Source: Eledone cirrhosa (taxonomy: Eukaryota). Taken from it: a stretch of DNA of 64,000 nt. The stretch spans positions 299,832,001 to 299,896,000 of the forward strand of contig OZ024742.1 of assembly GCA_964016885.1 (NCBI GenBank), written 5' to 3'. The notes under the pieces are model-generated. The model was not told the origin of the DNA. It did not search any database and saw only the letters and a list, made by a program, of their open reading frames with translations. Below are positions 26,824 to 41,400 of this stretch, in pieces; position 1 is the first letter of the stretch, and each line of letters begins with the position of its first letter. The position numbers were made by a program, and so were the translations under genes.

Positions 26824-26867
26824 TAGGGAGACATGTTTTTTTTTAAGCATCATATCATATCTCCCTA

Positions 26868-26934
26868 TTTTATCTGATGAGAACGCAAATATCGCCCCAG
26901 GATGATATTTGTTTTTGAAATGCGCATAATAAAA
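26868..26934 (+). ncRNA. Hammerhead motif
   Basis: ttttat-CTGATGA-..caaatatc/gatatttg..-GAAA-tgcgca-TA-ataaaa. Confidence 0.75.
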
Positions 26935-27057
26935 TACATGGAACTTTTTTAACCATCTTTTAATTTCTTCTTATATATACTCCAGTCCAATAAACTGTTG
27001 AGTGATACTTATCTGATATTTGCATTGCTTTATTGTTCTACAATAAAACTCACCTCC

Positions 27058-27125
<68 letters not shown>

Positions 27126-27523
27126 TCTGTGTGTGTGCGCACGTGTGTGTGTGTGTATGTGTGTATGTATTTGTGTGCATGTGTATTTTACATAAATGCT
27201 TACATTAGAATGCTTTTTTTATGTTTGTTTTGGGTTTTTGTTGCATTTTTTTATGTTGTAAACGATTCTGTCAATCCGATTCACATAAATACACAATCTT
27301 CTTCTAAAGAATTATATTTACCGTCAGAACGTTAAATAAATATATATGAGAGATTTTACCACAAGGAAACGTACGTGATTGTGATGAAAATACCCATTGA
27401 GTGTTGAAAACGGACACACTGGCTCTGTATACGCCATGATGATATTAAGACACATTTTCAATTGACACTCTGATGCTGATGATGATCAAACAATCAGCTT
27501 CTTCTGACGCCAAAAAGATTCCG

Positions 27524-27681
<158 letters not shown>

Positions 27682-27694
27682 TGTATATATATAC

Positions 27695-27724
<30 letters not shown>

Positions 27725-27728
<4 letters not shown>

Positions 27729-28503
27729 TTTCAATACCCGAATTACTTGATCGTTTTGGGGGCTATGCGAATGATTGTTTCACCATCATCTCAGTGTGTT
27801 TGGCCTTTAACGTTTGTTATAGCTCTGGTTCATCTGAATCATTGAGCACTTGCCACACATCTCGGAGGTTGTTTTTCGTTATTTCGTGGGCCGAAATGCG
27901 ATTCTCGATAATTTATGTCTGTATTAATCTCCAGACTCTAGCTATTGACCAGTTAATTTTCTTGATTTTTTAGTTGATTCTATTGACTGATGAATAGCTT
28001 ATGTTATTTTTAACCCTTCTGTTGAGAACTCTATTCGATTTGTGATGTTTGTGCATTCTTGCAAAAATATACACAACTGAATTCATTCGCCTGATATAGG
28101 GGTTGCCTCCTTTGCCGATCCCCACGTGGGGTCAGCAATAGTCAGTCCTTGTATTAACATTGAACTAAAACCTGTTGAGAAAGTGGCTTCCTTGTTCAAT
28201 CATCTTACCAGAAGCCTAACATTATTTATGTAGGCGGACAGTACTTGATTTAGGAGCCGCAGAAACCCAAATACTGGGTTTTACCAACCTTCCAGGGGTC
28301 AAGCTAAATTTTCAATACACGAATTACTTGATCGTTTTTTTTTTTTTGGCTATGCGAATGATTGTTTAACCATCGTCTCAGTGTGTTTGGCCTTTAACGT
28401 TTGTTATAGCTCTGGTTCATCTGAATCATTGAGCACTTGCCACACATCTCGGAGGTTGTTTTTCGTTATTTCGTGGGCCGAAATGCGATTCTCGATAATT
28501 TAT

Positions 28504-28505
<2 letters not shown>
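27725..28505 (+). repeat. ~190-bp direct repeat pair enclosing ~390 bp, bounded by TA tracts
   Basis: 27725-27918 matches 28306-28505. Confidence 0.85.
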
Positions 28506-28567
<62 letters not shown>

Positions 28568-28601
28568 CATTTATATATATATATATGTATATATATATAT
28601 A

Positions 28602-29629
<1,028 letters not shown>

Positions 29630-29711
29630 CACGATAAATTAACGGAACCATAGACGCTCGCTGGACAGTCACTTTAAAATTCTCTTAGTGTTGTCTGAAA
29701 CGTATAGCCTT

Positions 29712-29793
29712 ACATACGCTGAAGAACCGGGGTTATTTCATTTCTGTCAACAACTTACTGGCGAAACAGATCTCATTGGATTTGTACGCGTGT
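29712..29793 (+). ncRNA. Hammerhead motif with 6-bp stem III
   Basis: acatacg-CTGAAGA-accgg..ctggc-GAAA-cagatc..gatttg-TA-cgcgtgt. Confidence 0.68.
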
Positions 29794-29952
29794 TATATAG
29801 TTATAGAGGTATTTATTTACGCTTTAATCTATATTTTTAATTATCGTGTCTATAGTCTGCCTTTCATGGGTTATAGATTCCATACACTGGTGGTTTTTCC
29901 CTGCTTTATTGATAGCGCACTTTATCTCTCTCTAGTGTGTTACCGTTTCAGC

Positions 29953-30059
<107 letters not shown>

Positions 30060-30060
30060 G

Positions 30061-30136
<76 letters not shown>

Positions 30137-30383
30137 TATGTACACGTAAACGGAAAAAATGAAACGACATTTTATTTCCCACTCTTAGTACGGCTGTTAC
30201 TTAAATATAAATATGTACACGTACATAATATATGTATACAGACGTACAGTAGTATGTATATATATATACATACATGCACCGAACATTTATTATAATGCTC
30301 GGTGTATTTGTAAACAAACATCCCGTATTAAGCCGTAGTGTCTAGCAACCATCGTTGCTCGTTTGTTCAACACTGACAAAGGA

Positions 30384-30426
30384 ACGCTGTACTAGTTTCA
30401 AGCTTATTAGCTATCGTCAGCAACGT
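30384..30426 (-). ncRNA. Minimal hammerhead motif
   Basis: Reverse complement: acgttg-CTGACGA-tagctaataagctt-GAAA-ctag-TA-cagcgt. Confidence 0.75.
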
Positions 30427-30777
30427 ATACCTTCCTGCCAGATTGTTGAAAGTATATACTTACCTTATGCATATTAACGGCTGAGTAGCCCAATTAGCAT
30501 ATCGAGTGGGTTAATCGGCCGGGTGCACCGAAAACGATAAACGAAAAAAATGAAACGAAATTTCATTTCCCACTCTTAGTACGGCTGTTACTTAAATATA
30601 AGTATGTACACGTACATACATATATGTATACAGACGTACAGTAGCATGTATATATATATATATACATACATGCACACATATATATATGTACGTATGGATT
30701 CACCGAACATTTATTATAATGCTCGGTGTGTTTGTAAACAAACAGCCCGTATTAAGCCGTAGTGTCTAGCAACCATC

Positions 30778-30841
<64 letters not shown>

Positions 30842-30916
30842 GGAATCTTATATAAACATAGAGAGAGAGGGAGATATATATATATGTGTGTGTATATATA
30901 TATATAAACATATATA

Positions 30917-30987
<71 letters not shown>

Positions 30988-31101
30988 CTGTGTGTGTGTG
31001 TGTGTTTATATATATATATATATAAACACACACACACACACACACGCACATATATATATATATATATATAAAAACATATATATACATGTATATATATAAA
31101 C

Positions 31102-31153
<52 letters not shown>

Positions 31154-31389
31154 GTTTATATATATACATGTATATATATGTTTTTATATATATATATGTG
31201 TGTGTGTGTGTCTGTGGTCAACGGTATAGTCAACCATGATGTAATATTATGAAAAGCAATCGACGTGGTGTAACTCATCAATCTTTGTTTCTGTTGAATA
31301 TTGTTGGTGGTGCGAGAACAGAGTTAATTATTATTGAGTAAAATGACAGGAGGCCGGACTGGTGAAATTCCTTCAAAGATTTATTATAG

Positions 31390-31453
31390 CAAACACTATG
31401 TACATTTCAATGACCAGGTTCCGTATGATGCTGATGACATCATCAGGTGTTTG
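31390..31453 (-). ncRNA. Hammerhead motif
   Basis: Reverse complement: caaacac-CTGATGA-..-GAAA-tgtaca-TA-gtgtttg, then AATAAA. Confidence 0.68.
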
Positions 31454-31655
31454 TTGCATAAAAGTTATATAATAAAGGAATAATAGTAAACACAATCCAA
31501 GAGGCTGAAAAGCAGAGAGAAATGTTTAAGACCCGAAGGTGGTCAGGGCCAGCTGTTGATGACCCTACGGAACCTGGTCATTGAAATGTGCATAGTGTTT
31601 GCTATAATAAATCTTTGAAGGAATTTCACTACTACAGCCTCCTGTCATTTTACAC

Positions 31656-31748
<93 letters not shown>

Positions 31749-31820
31749 CATAAAATATATATGTAGATATATATGTAAAAGAAATCAAAGAACGCTTACA
31801 TACTCAAACAGTTTTTATTT

Positions 31821-31865
31821 GCTGACAATGTTTCATCCATACGGTTGCGCAGGTATCATCAGAGC
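31821..31865 (-). ncRNA. Minimal hammerhead motif
   Basis: Reverse complement: gct-CTGATGA-tacctgcg..cgtatggat-GAAA-cattg-TC-agc, then AATAAA. Confidence 0.65.
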
Positions 31866-32160
31866 TTAATAAACAAAAACACGTTGTTGAGTATAAGCTC
31901 TACCAAGCTTAGTCACACAAACAATTGGAATACAATAGAGGGTAAAAATAGAGAGATCGGAAATCAGCAAATAAAAACTGTTTTAGTATGTAAGCGTTCT
32001 TTGATTTCTTTTACATATAACGGCTCTGTTCTCGTACATTGAGCTTATACAATACTGTCAAAATACGACACAGTACGTGTGTGTTTATGCACATACGCTC
32101 CGTGCTCTACGTAAATATGTAGATATATGTGTATGTCTATATACATATATGTGTGTGTGT

Positions 32161-32251
<91 letters not shown>

Positions 32252-32906
32252 ATCACTTGCTTGGAATCTGAGTTTGTTAACACATCACAAGTATATCTCA
32301 TTCTATGATTGATTGACATCACATTTATTTTAGTAGTATAATTATTTTATTCTTTTAGTCTTTTATTCGTTTACTCGTTTCAGTCCTTAGACTGCGGCTG
32401 TGTCGGAGCAATGAACAAGTTTAGTCTATCATATCCACCGCAACCAGTAAGCCACGTGCTTCCACGCCCACATACACACATACGCGCACAGGCAAATGCA
32501 TATACATACATCAGAAGATAGAATGAGAAATAAAATATGAAATGGAAAGATATAGAGTGAGAATAGGAAGGAACGGGAAAATATTATATTTATAGGCGCA
32601 GACATTATTGTGTCTTTAAGGAGTTGGCTTCCCAACCATGGTGCTTCGGGTTCAGTTCCACTGCGCGGTACTTTAGGCAAGTGTCTGCAACTATAGCCTT
32701 GGGTTCACTAATGCCTTGTGAGTGGAATTTCGTAGACGGAACCTGTGTGGAATCCCATCATATGTATACGTTTTGTGCGAGTGTGTGTGTGTGTGCGTTT
32801 TGTGCATATGTGCGTGTGCGTGTGCGTGCGTGAGCGTGCGTGCGCGTGCGTACGCGCATGTGTGTCTGTGTGTGTGTGCGTGCGCGCATGTGTGTGTGCG
32901 TGCGCG

Positions 32907-32968
<62 letters not shown>

Positions 32969-33278
32969 CCTGTTCCCTGTTTGATTATGTCCCAAAACTT
33001 AATGGTTTGACACAAAGAGATGGATAAAATAAATATTAGACTTGAAAGACTAACTACTGAGTTCGATGTGATCAGTTAAATATCTTCAAGGTGGTGTCCC
33101 AGCATGGCCGCAGTTTAATGACTGAAACCAGTAAGATAATAAAAGAATAAAAGAAAATATTAACAAGTCAACGATGAAATCCCTGAGTGGTGGATTGACC
33201 ATCTCGAAAAAGTAGCGAAAACATGCGAGAAACCTTCTATGCGATATAACCGCGTAAGAGGTCTGTCAAATCTATATC

Positions 33279-33377
33279 TAGGGTGTCCCACAAAATGTAT
33301 ACATACTTCAACAGCTTTCTAATAAATATTGCCTGTACAGGTGATCAAAGTATGTATAGATTTTTGGGGACACCCTG
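33279..33377. mobile_element. Copy of the CAGGGTG MITE
   Basis: Same TIRs and internal sequence as 19943-20041. Confidence 0.75.
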
Positions 33378-35132
33378 TAGATTATAGCTGCAAATTTCAT
33401 TTTTTTTTCCATTTCATATGTGTGTGTGTGTGTGTTTTATGCGTTGTGTGTATGTGTGTGTGTTTTATACGTTGTGTGTATGTGTGTGTGTGTGTGTGTA
33501 TGTTGTTGTCTGTGTATGTGCTGAGTGTGTGTGGGTGTGTGTGTTACCTGTGTGTGCCCATCTTAATGCAATGTTGAGAGAAAGACACCCCAAAGGATCT
33601 ACATTGAAGTTTAAGGACATAATTCACAGCTGGTCCCAAAATGTGTTTTATTGTTAAACGTATCCAATATTATTGAAGTGTATTTTTCTCATTTAAATTA
33701 TGTTTCTAAGCTACGCATTTTATTAGCTATTGCTCTTTCAAATATCGGTGATATTGCATTAATTATTTTAGCTTTTAGCAATATATGAACAAAAACCAAA
33801 AGTAAAATTGTTCATCCTCCCCCCTAAAATTTCTGTTTCCTGCAGGCAGCAAATTTATTAATGAGGAAAGGAATATTGGTTTTTTAATATGGACATGGGC
33901 TACACACTGACAGTGGGGAATAGTTTATTAGATAGTGTCAATATTTGAGTGGTACCTTAATAATTATCAAACCTAGGGGAGCTTGATTGACAGAATCGTT
34001 AGCACATCACATTAAATCTCCCACACCCGCTGTATTTTTTTTTTTTTTTCGTTTCTCTACGTTCTCAGTTCAAATCACGTCGAAGTCAACTTTGCATTTC
34101 ATCCTTCCGAAGGTCGATAAAATAAAGTATTAGTCAAGTTATGGCCTCGATATAGCTGACTTTTCCATCCACACAAATTGCTGTCTAAATTAAAAACCAT
34201 TATTATATCGAGTCTGGAAAGATTGACCTTTACCGATTCTACCAAACCACTGTCTAGGAATATTCATTTGTAACGTAGGCAAAATGCCACACATTTTGCA
34301 AGGAAGAAATAGTCAATTATATTGACCTCAGATAACGAATGCAAAGCTGCCTCTGGCGTGATTTAAACTCATCCTTTTCTAAGAACTCTAGTGGAAGAGT
34401 TCCGAATAAGAAATAATCTTTTCTAATATTGGCACAATCGAAGGGAATGATTAAAGATGAAGTTGACGTTGGTGGTATTTGAGATCAGGACTTAAAGAAC
34501 CATAACTAAATACGGCTATATATTTTGTCTGACAAGATAAACATTACGTCAATCCAAGATTCCCCGAATGAGAAACAGAATAGCACCAGAAAGGCGGTCG
34601 TTTTGGCAGAACTGTTAGATGTTTGATGTCTTCCGGTCCCTATGTTCCGAGTTCAAATCCCACCGAGACCCACTTTACCTTTTTTATTTTTTCAGGGTAG
34701 ATAAAGTACCTGCTCAGTGCTGGTACAGCCCTCTCCCCTTCCAGCAATCACGTCATACATGTTCCGTTGGATTAATGAAGAGCGAATCTAGAGAGTGTCT
34801 GCGCCTGCTCCCTATGACATGGGCATCTAAAACCCTTAATAAAAGCATGGTACATACTCCACTGTAAGTGACGGTTGTCGTAATACGAGGCCAGATGTTT
34901 CGGGGAAAGTCTTAATCTGATATAGAATCCTAGTACTTGACTGGTACTTTATTTTATCGATCAAAAGGGGTTGAAAGCAAAGTTGACACTGTTGGGATTG
35001 AACTGGGGCTCTTTGATTAAGGAGGGACAGAGGTATTGATGATTTTCCCACAATTTTACACAGACATAAACACAAATCCTAATTTCTAAAACAACGTCCA
35101 TTTATTAATTGACAACACAAAGTTTACACAAA

Positions 35133-35400
35133 TTACGCAACATACAACGGAAAATAAATATTGTTTTCTGCTTTTATGAACTGCACAAATATCAATATTT
35201 TGACATCAGATCTGATGGCAAATTTTAGCTCAATATCTAGTCTTGCCCCACTGTTTAGCCCCATTTGACTCATAGTAGTACTCAAAGAAAATTTCAATCG
35301 TATGAGGTCGCTGACGAAGCTCTCTAAAGAACACAGTTTAGCAGGAATGGTTGTCAAAATGCCAGCGAATGTGTTGAAAACTAGTATTTCGCCATGTAAA
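35133..35400 (-). mobile_element. Degenerate hAT C-terminal dimerisation-domain fragment
   Basis: LTTIPA..S.ESFVS.LIRLK..LSTTMSQ..LNS.A.L.IE resembles the SxERxFSxLxxxKxxLRSTMSQxRL consensus. Confidence 0.55.
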
Positions 35401-35889
35401 CACTTTCAAAAGGACTGCCGCAGTTAGTTGTCTGTGAAGTGGTGAATTGGAATGCTAGGTGATAAACTTTGTGTACATTGGCCCTCCTATATTTCGTAGA
35501 TCCATATCAATACCATATAGTAATGAAATAGCTCTATATTGTCCATCTAAATAATCTGACAATTATTAACCAACTGCCTCTTTACGACTTGGCTTCGTAC
35601 GAAGCGGTTGTATTTTACAGCAGGGAGGAATTGAGAAAGAAGAAAAAGAAAAAAGAGAAATAACTAAATCTGTAACTTTTATAATTCCCTGGCGTTCTCA
35701 TGAGTGAAATGTTTGAAATAGCACGAGAGAAATAAAAAGAAAAGAAAAATGGTTGCAATGAAAATGAATTTCAAAAGATATAGATTGTCAGTGTATCTAA
35801 ATGATTCTAACCAAAAATATGAGTTCAAACTGCTTAATGAACATATTTCTCAGAAATTAGCAGTCTCCTGACTTGAAGAGGGACGGGTT

Positions 35890-36310
35890 GTCGTCTTCCT
35901 CTTCTTCGCTCACTTATTCCTGGAAGGGTCGAGAGGACAGAGTCCTCAAACTTGCTTTCCAGCGGGTCCTATCAGAAGCAACCGTCGCCAATTTATCCGA
36001 CTGAATTCCCAAGCGAGATCAGGTCTATTCTTTGGTCGGTTGGTTTTGCCTGTAAAATCAATCTAGCGATTCTTTCCTTAGATATTCTAGCCACATGTCC
36101 GTAACATCATCGAAGCTGTGATCGCTCAATTCGGAGAAGCAGTGGTTCTACATGGAGTAGCTCTCTTATCCCCGAGCTGCGCACACTATCGAGTAACGTT
36201 CTCCAAATACCTTTCGGATGAACCCCATTTCGGCCACTTGTATTTGCGAAATCTTTCGGTTATTACCCAATATTCATTGCAATATTGGATGGGCTGTGCC
36301 AGTTTTAAAT
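35890..36310 (-). mobile_element. Old LINE 3'-end family (copies also at ~12300-12515 and ~63615-64000)
   Basis: Shared ctgtgatc..caattcRgagaagYRg..ctctac..gg / aaccccatttc blocks and a (TTC)n tail. Confidence 0.55.
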
Positions 36311-36672
36311 GCAAAGCGTTGTGACTAGCAAATATTCTCAGCCGTGGACGGAACAACGGAAACATAGTTTCCTTGGTCCTGTCTGACAATTAGCTATTTT
36401 CCTTTTCACAATCAGGTGTTTCCTCTTTCGATTCCACTGCTTAGCATCTAGAGGAAGTGTTTTCTATCATAGCTGTGTTTATCCTGGATTTATAAGTACA
36501 GTTGTGTACACAGAAACTGTCTTGAGTGGTAAATAAGTTTGCTTTGCAATCATGAAATATGTAGTCTCACTGAAACTATAGGTAACTGCTTCATATAGGA
36601 CGACACTGACACCAATGTTCCCGCTCCATCATACGTCCTAAATATTAACGAACAGAATAGATTACTGAAATA

Positions 36673-36867
36673 CAGACCTGTCAACCCTCCCGTCCAACGG
36701 GGAGATTTGCAATAGTTTATGGTGTGGGTTAGGGATGTCTGCTCTTGTGGAAATGAGTATAGCTTTCATTATACAAAATCTCCTCATTTGGGCTCATTTC
36801 TCCCCGTTTGGGGGCACTCATTTTCATGGTACTCCCCGTTTAGGTTTTTAAAGGTTGGAAAAATTTG
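36673..36867 (+). mobile_element. Third copy of the CAGACCTGTCAAC MITE (right TIR decayed)
   Basis: Internal similarity to 20515-20709. Confidence 0.65.
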
Positions 36868-37559
36868 TCATTAAATTACATTTTCCAGTCTATGGCAAGG
36901 GAGATGTTGACACCAAAATTGTTTCTTTTTATTTTTTTTTTACTTTATAAATCATTTTACGAACAAAACCAACAGGCAAGAGAATCGAGGGCAGACGCGG
37001 AGCAAGATGCTTGGATACCATGGCAAAATATAAGAAAAGATGTCATACCCAAGTAGCAATTTGCTTCTTATTTCATTTCCGATGTGATCAAGATAAATCT
37101 CTTACCCACGGAATCATCACATCACCATCATCATCATAATGTACACTGTAGTTCACTTGTACACCCGCAATCTCTGGTCACACTGTATCTAACACATTAA
37201 TCTCGTTCGACTACATTCCATACAAACGTGACCATATCACAAAGCAATCCACAAGTGAACAACGAGCCACAATACCAACTTACATCGCCAACTCATCTCT
37301 CCCGATACATCTAAATATCATATATCGCTACACCTCAACCCCGTTAACTACTAGACTTAAAGATCAGAGGATAACATAGTACCGATCGTTCAGCGATAAA
37401 TTTAACATCGAACCCATTGTTACTATGATCGGGATGGAGATGACTATCTACAAGACTGAGGCTGTTGAACTGGCTCGTTCAATGCATCTCTTTCGCTATC
37501 CTCCGGGGGTAAGACTTTCGTGATTCTGTCAGATGAGACCATGAAGCAACATCGATCTA

Positions 37560-37911
37560 CTCTCGGGTTTCGATATTAATGCCCACACACCTACACACCC
37601 ACACACTGCGCTATTAATTTTACAGAATTTTTTCCAAACACCCTGCTCTTATTCCATATCCCCCTCACCGCTTATTAAATTTTGCTGATCTACCACCGGC
37701 AAAATTTTATTTTAAGTGGTAGCATTCCTGCGACAATTATTTTTCTTTATACATTAAAAAAACCTTATACATGACAAAAAAAAAGTACATTAACAGAAAC
37801 CCCTTATAATTTTTGTTTTTAATCAACGGAGACAATCTAGAAAAATTACCAATTTTCCACCACCACCCCACGCTTATTCTAACCCCTTCCCAATTATTTA
37901 GGACGCGAGAG
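37560..37911. mobile_element. Tc1/mariner-superfamily MITE upstream of NAE1
   Basis: ta-CTCTCG..CGAGAG-ta with internal cccc..cgcttatt sub-repeats. Confidence 0.55.
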
Positions 37912-38297
37912 TACATAAGATTCTACTAGATTGGATATATATTTGTTTGAACATTTATTTGTTCTTTTTCCCATTATACATATTTTGATATCAAACCCTT
38001 CCCTAGCACAAATATGTATATGAATAAAATGATACACCGAAACATTTAATCTGAGGCTCTGTCGTTCCAGTTACTTCCATCGTAATGAATTATTATGAAG
38101 GAAAACTAAAACTTAAAATTGGAGACAACTGATAAAAATCTGCGGATGTAAATCATTTCATTATAATTCGTTTTTTATTTTTTTCATTGCCTGTGTCTCT
38201 CAATTACAAGGGAGGTGACTCTGAAAATCTAAAGCGTATCTCATGTCACACTAGTAATAATAAATACGAGTGCTGTCCCTTTAATTACTGAACAAAA

Positions 38298-38310
38298 CCG
38301 GACCGGAAGC
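38298..38310 (+). promoter_or_regulatory. Candidate ETS-type site (CCGGACCGGAAGC) in the NAE1 proximal promoter
   Basis: CCGGAAG about 60 nt upstream of the ATG of a housekeeping gene; motif match only. Confidence 0.35.
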
Positions 38311-38367
38311 TGTATACTAAATGGGATTTCATTGTTATGAGATAGAAATATTTTTAATTCACCGAAA

Positions 38368-38435
38368 ATGGCATCCACAACAAATCCTAGCTCTGACAAT
38401 AAAGCCAAAGTGAACAGATATGATCGTCAGTTACG
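38368..38435 (+). CDS. NAE1: NAE1 exon 1
   Basis: aaa[25 protein letters not shown](R), donor gtaaga. Confidence 0.92.
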
Positions 38436-41400
38436 GTAAGATATTAAATATTGATTACTCCGAATAGAAAGAAAATAAACTTTTACTATATTTACTGCTA
38501 TAACACTGTACCAATTGTGTTTTGTTAGTCGTATCTTCCTTCAATGGAAACCATGTCTGTGTTTAAATTAAAATAAATATTTATTTTTTAGACTTCGTCA
38601 TTTATATATCTTCTACATATTTACTGAATTGTTGGCAAATAGATTCCAATTGAAAATTATGTGCGTTTCTATAGATATTTAGCGAATAATCCATCCTATT
38701 GTTTTTTTATCGTCTCTGACGGTGCACGGATAGAATAATATCGGTTTCTGTAAATTCGCTTCAATATTATTATGAATAATAATTGTTCCTACTTTTAGGC
38801 ACAAGACCAACAATTTGAAGGGGAGGAGGGGAAAGTCGCTTAAATTGACCTCAGTGTATTATTGGTGTTTCATTTTATCGACCCCCATAAAGATGAAAGG
38901 CAAATAATAATAATAATTTTTAATTTAAGCACAAGGCCAGCAATTTGTAGATAGCGAAAAGTCCATTATACCTGGCCCAGTAGTTAACTGCTACAATAAT
39001 AAGTTCTTTATTAGCCACAATAATAATTGTTTCTGCTTTGGCACAAGGCCAGCAATTACTCAGTGCATTACTGGTACTTTATTTTATCGACCCCGTAAGG
39101 ATGAAAGGCAAAGTTAACCTCAGCGGGTTTTGAACTCAGACCATAGTTACAATAATAATAACCATATCTTTTACTTCGGACATTCAGACGATAAAATTTA
39201 AGTACCAATAAAAAAGAACGAAGAATAACAATGAGAGAATACGAACAATAAATCTATTCAACAAAATTAAATAATGTCTAAATATATATATATATTATAT
39301 AACCGGTTCAGTATATACATAGAATATTCAGCTGGAATTGCAAAACAGCAAACGTAAACATATACACGCGCATATTTGCATAAACATGCTCTATTTTGAT
39401 TACTATAACATAATTAGGATTCTGTACTGAATTCAGATAAAAATTAGATGCATTGCCATTGTTTAACTCTTCCTTGACTGTATTTCTTATGACATACATT
39501 GAATGTGTTTGAATTTTTTTTGAAAATAATCAAAAATTTGGCAGGTTTCTATAAAATAACTTGTTCACTGTTGGTGTTAAGAATATGGCAACAAAGTACA
39601 TAAAATCATGTTAAGAAGGTTTTAATTAAGATGTGAACACTTTAAAATATACTTTTATCAAAGAACCAGAGGTAGGTTGATATTGAAAGTGCATCAACAA
39701 AGATGATTTGTACATGACATACTTATGAATAAAGTATGGATTGGCATAAGAAAGAGAGCATCAAAAGTCCTGTCCAACACTTGTAAAAACAATAATATCT
39801 TGAATAGTGTTATCATCATCAACGATTTTACATCAGTTTTTCCATGCTTGCATGGGTTGGACGAGTCCTTCTCAGCACGGCATCTCTCCACTCATTGTGT
39901 TGCTTCATCACCTCCTCTGTGAGTCATCCTCACAATCTCTGGACCTCCCAGGGTCTTGTAGCACCCACTTTGGGAATCACTGTCACCATACATCTGTTTT
40001 TCCATTATGTGGTGTACCAGATGAGTCACTACTTTCCCAGTTTACACTGGTCAGAGAACTGAGGCTTGCTCATACAACGTTATTTTATATATGTTCTTAT
40101 CTTTTGTTTGTTTTGTTTTATTCAGGTTATGGGGTGACCATGGTCAAGCATGTTTGGAAAATTCTAAAGTTTGTCTTATAAATGCAAGTGCCACTGGAAC
40201 AGAAATCCTCAAAAATCTTGTTTTACCAGGTTAGTTTCCAGATCAGGTGCATGGCTTAGTGGTTAGAGCATTGGGTTGTGAGTTCAATTCTCGGACCAGG
40301 TGATGTATTGTTTCCTTGAGCAAGACACTTTATTTCACATTACTCCAGTTTACTCAGCTGTAGAAATGAGATGATAGGACTGGGGTCCCTATCATTCCAC
40401 TGCAAGTGGTCGTGTAGGTGCCATGGCAAAAAAGCACCCAGCCCACACTGTAAAGTGGACGTGTAGGCGCCAGGGGAAAAAAAAAAGCACCCAGCACTCA
40501 CTGTAAATGAGGTTGGTGTTAGGAAGGGCATCCAGCTGTAGAAATCAAGCCAGAATCAGTTCCTGTATGAGCAAGACAAGGTCAGCTGACCAGACACTGC
40601 CCACAACAGGACAACCCGTCTAACCCATGCTAGCGTGGAAGAACGAATGTAAAACGGTGATGATGATGATCACCCTCTAGTTTGTATATTGAAATGTATC
40701 TCATGCACCCATGACATGCTTTTTCACCCCCATTTCTTCTCCATGACACCCTTTGAACACTACATACCTATGACATAATACTTGTCATACACCCATGACA
40801 TAATAGTACTTGTCCCTTTCCCCACCACCTATTGTCACTTACTCATGATACACTTATCACTTTTCTTACCACCCCCATCGTATTTCCCCTATCCCTTCCT
40901 CCAATAGGTTAGAGAGAGCCTTTCAATTGAGTCATTGACCAACAACCTCCCTAGAGCTGTAAAGTGGTTGGTGTTAGGTAAAGCTTCCAGCTGTAGAAAT
41001 CATGCCAAAAAGGATTGAGAAGACTCTTCAGTCACAATATGACAACCTCACCAGAGTTGGTGCCATGAAAAATGCACCCAGTCCTCTCTGTAAGGTGGTT
41101 GACAATAGGAAGGGCATTCAACTAGAAATTATGCCAAAAAAGGGTTAAGAGGATTCTTTACTTGTGTAAAAGTTATGGCAACATCACTAGGGCTGGTGCC
41201 ACAATAAAATGCAATTTGTAGAGTTTGAAATGCTGGTGACCAACATGTCTAAGAGGGTCAGTAGCTCCAATTAAGTACTGGCTTGATCTGTGATGACCTG
41301 TTCAAGGAAAATGGACATTAACTGATGATGATAATGTGTGTGAAAGTACATAACCTAATGATTAAGGTGCTGGTTCATGAAAATACATTGTTCTTTAGTG

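Larger units (their letters stand above)
26716..26972. mobile_element. Fold-back module with two opposed hammerheads between TA tracts
   Basis: Arms of ~115 bp with a ~25-nt spacer. Confidence 0.8.
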
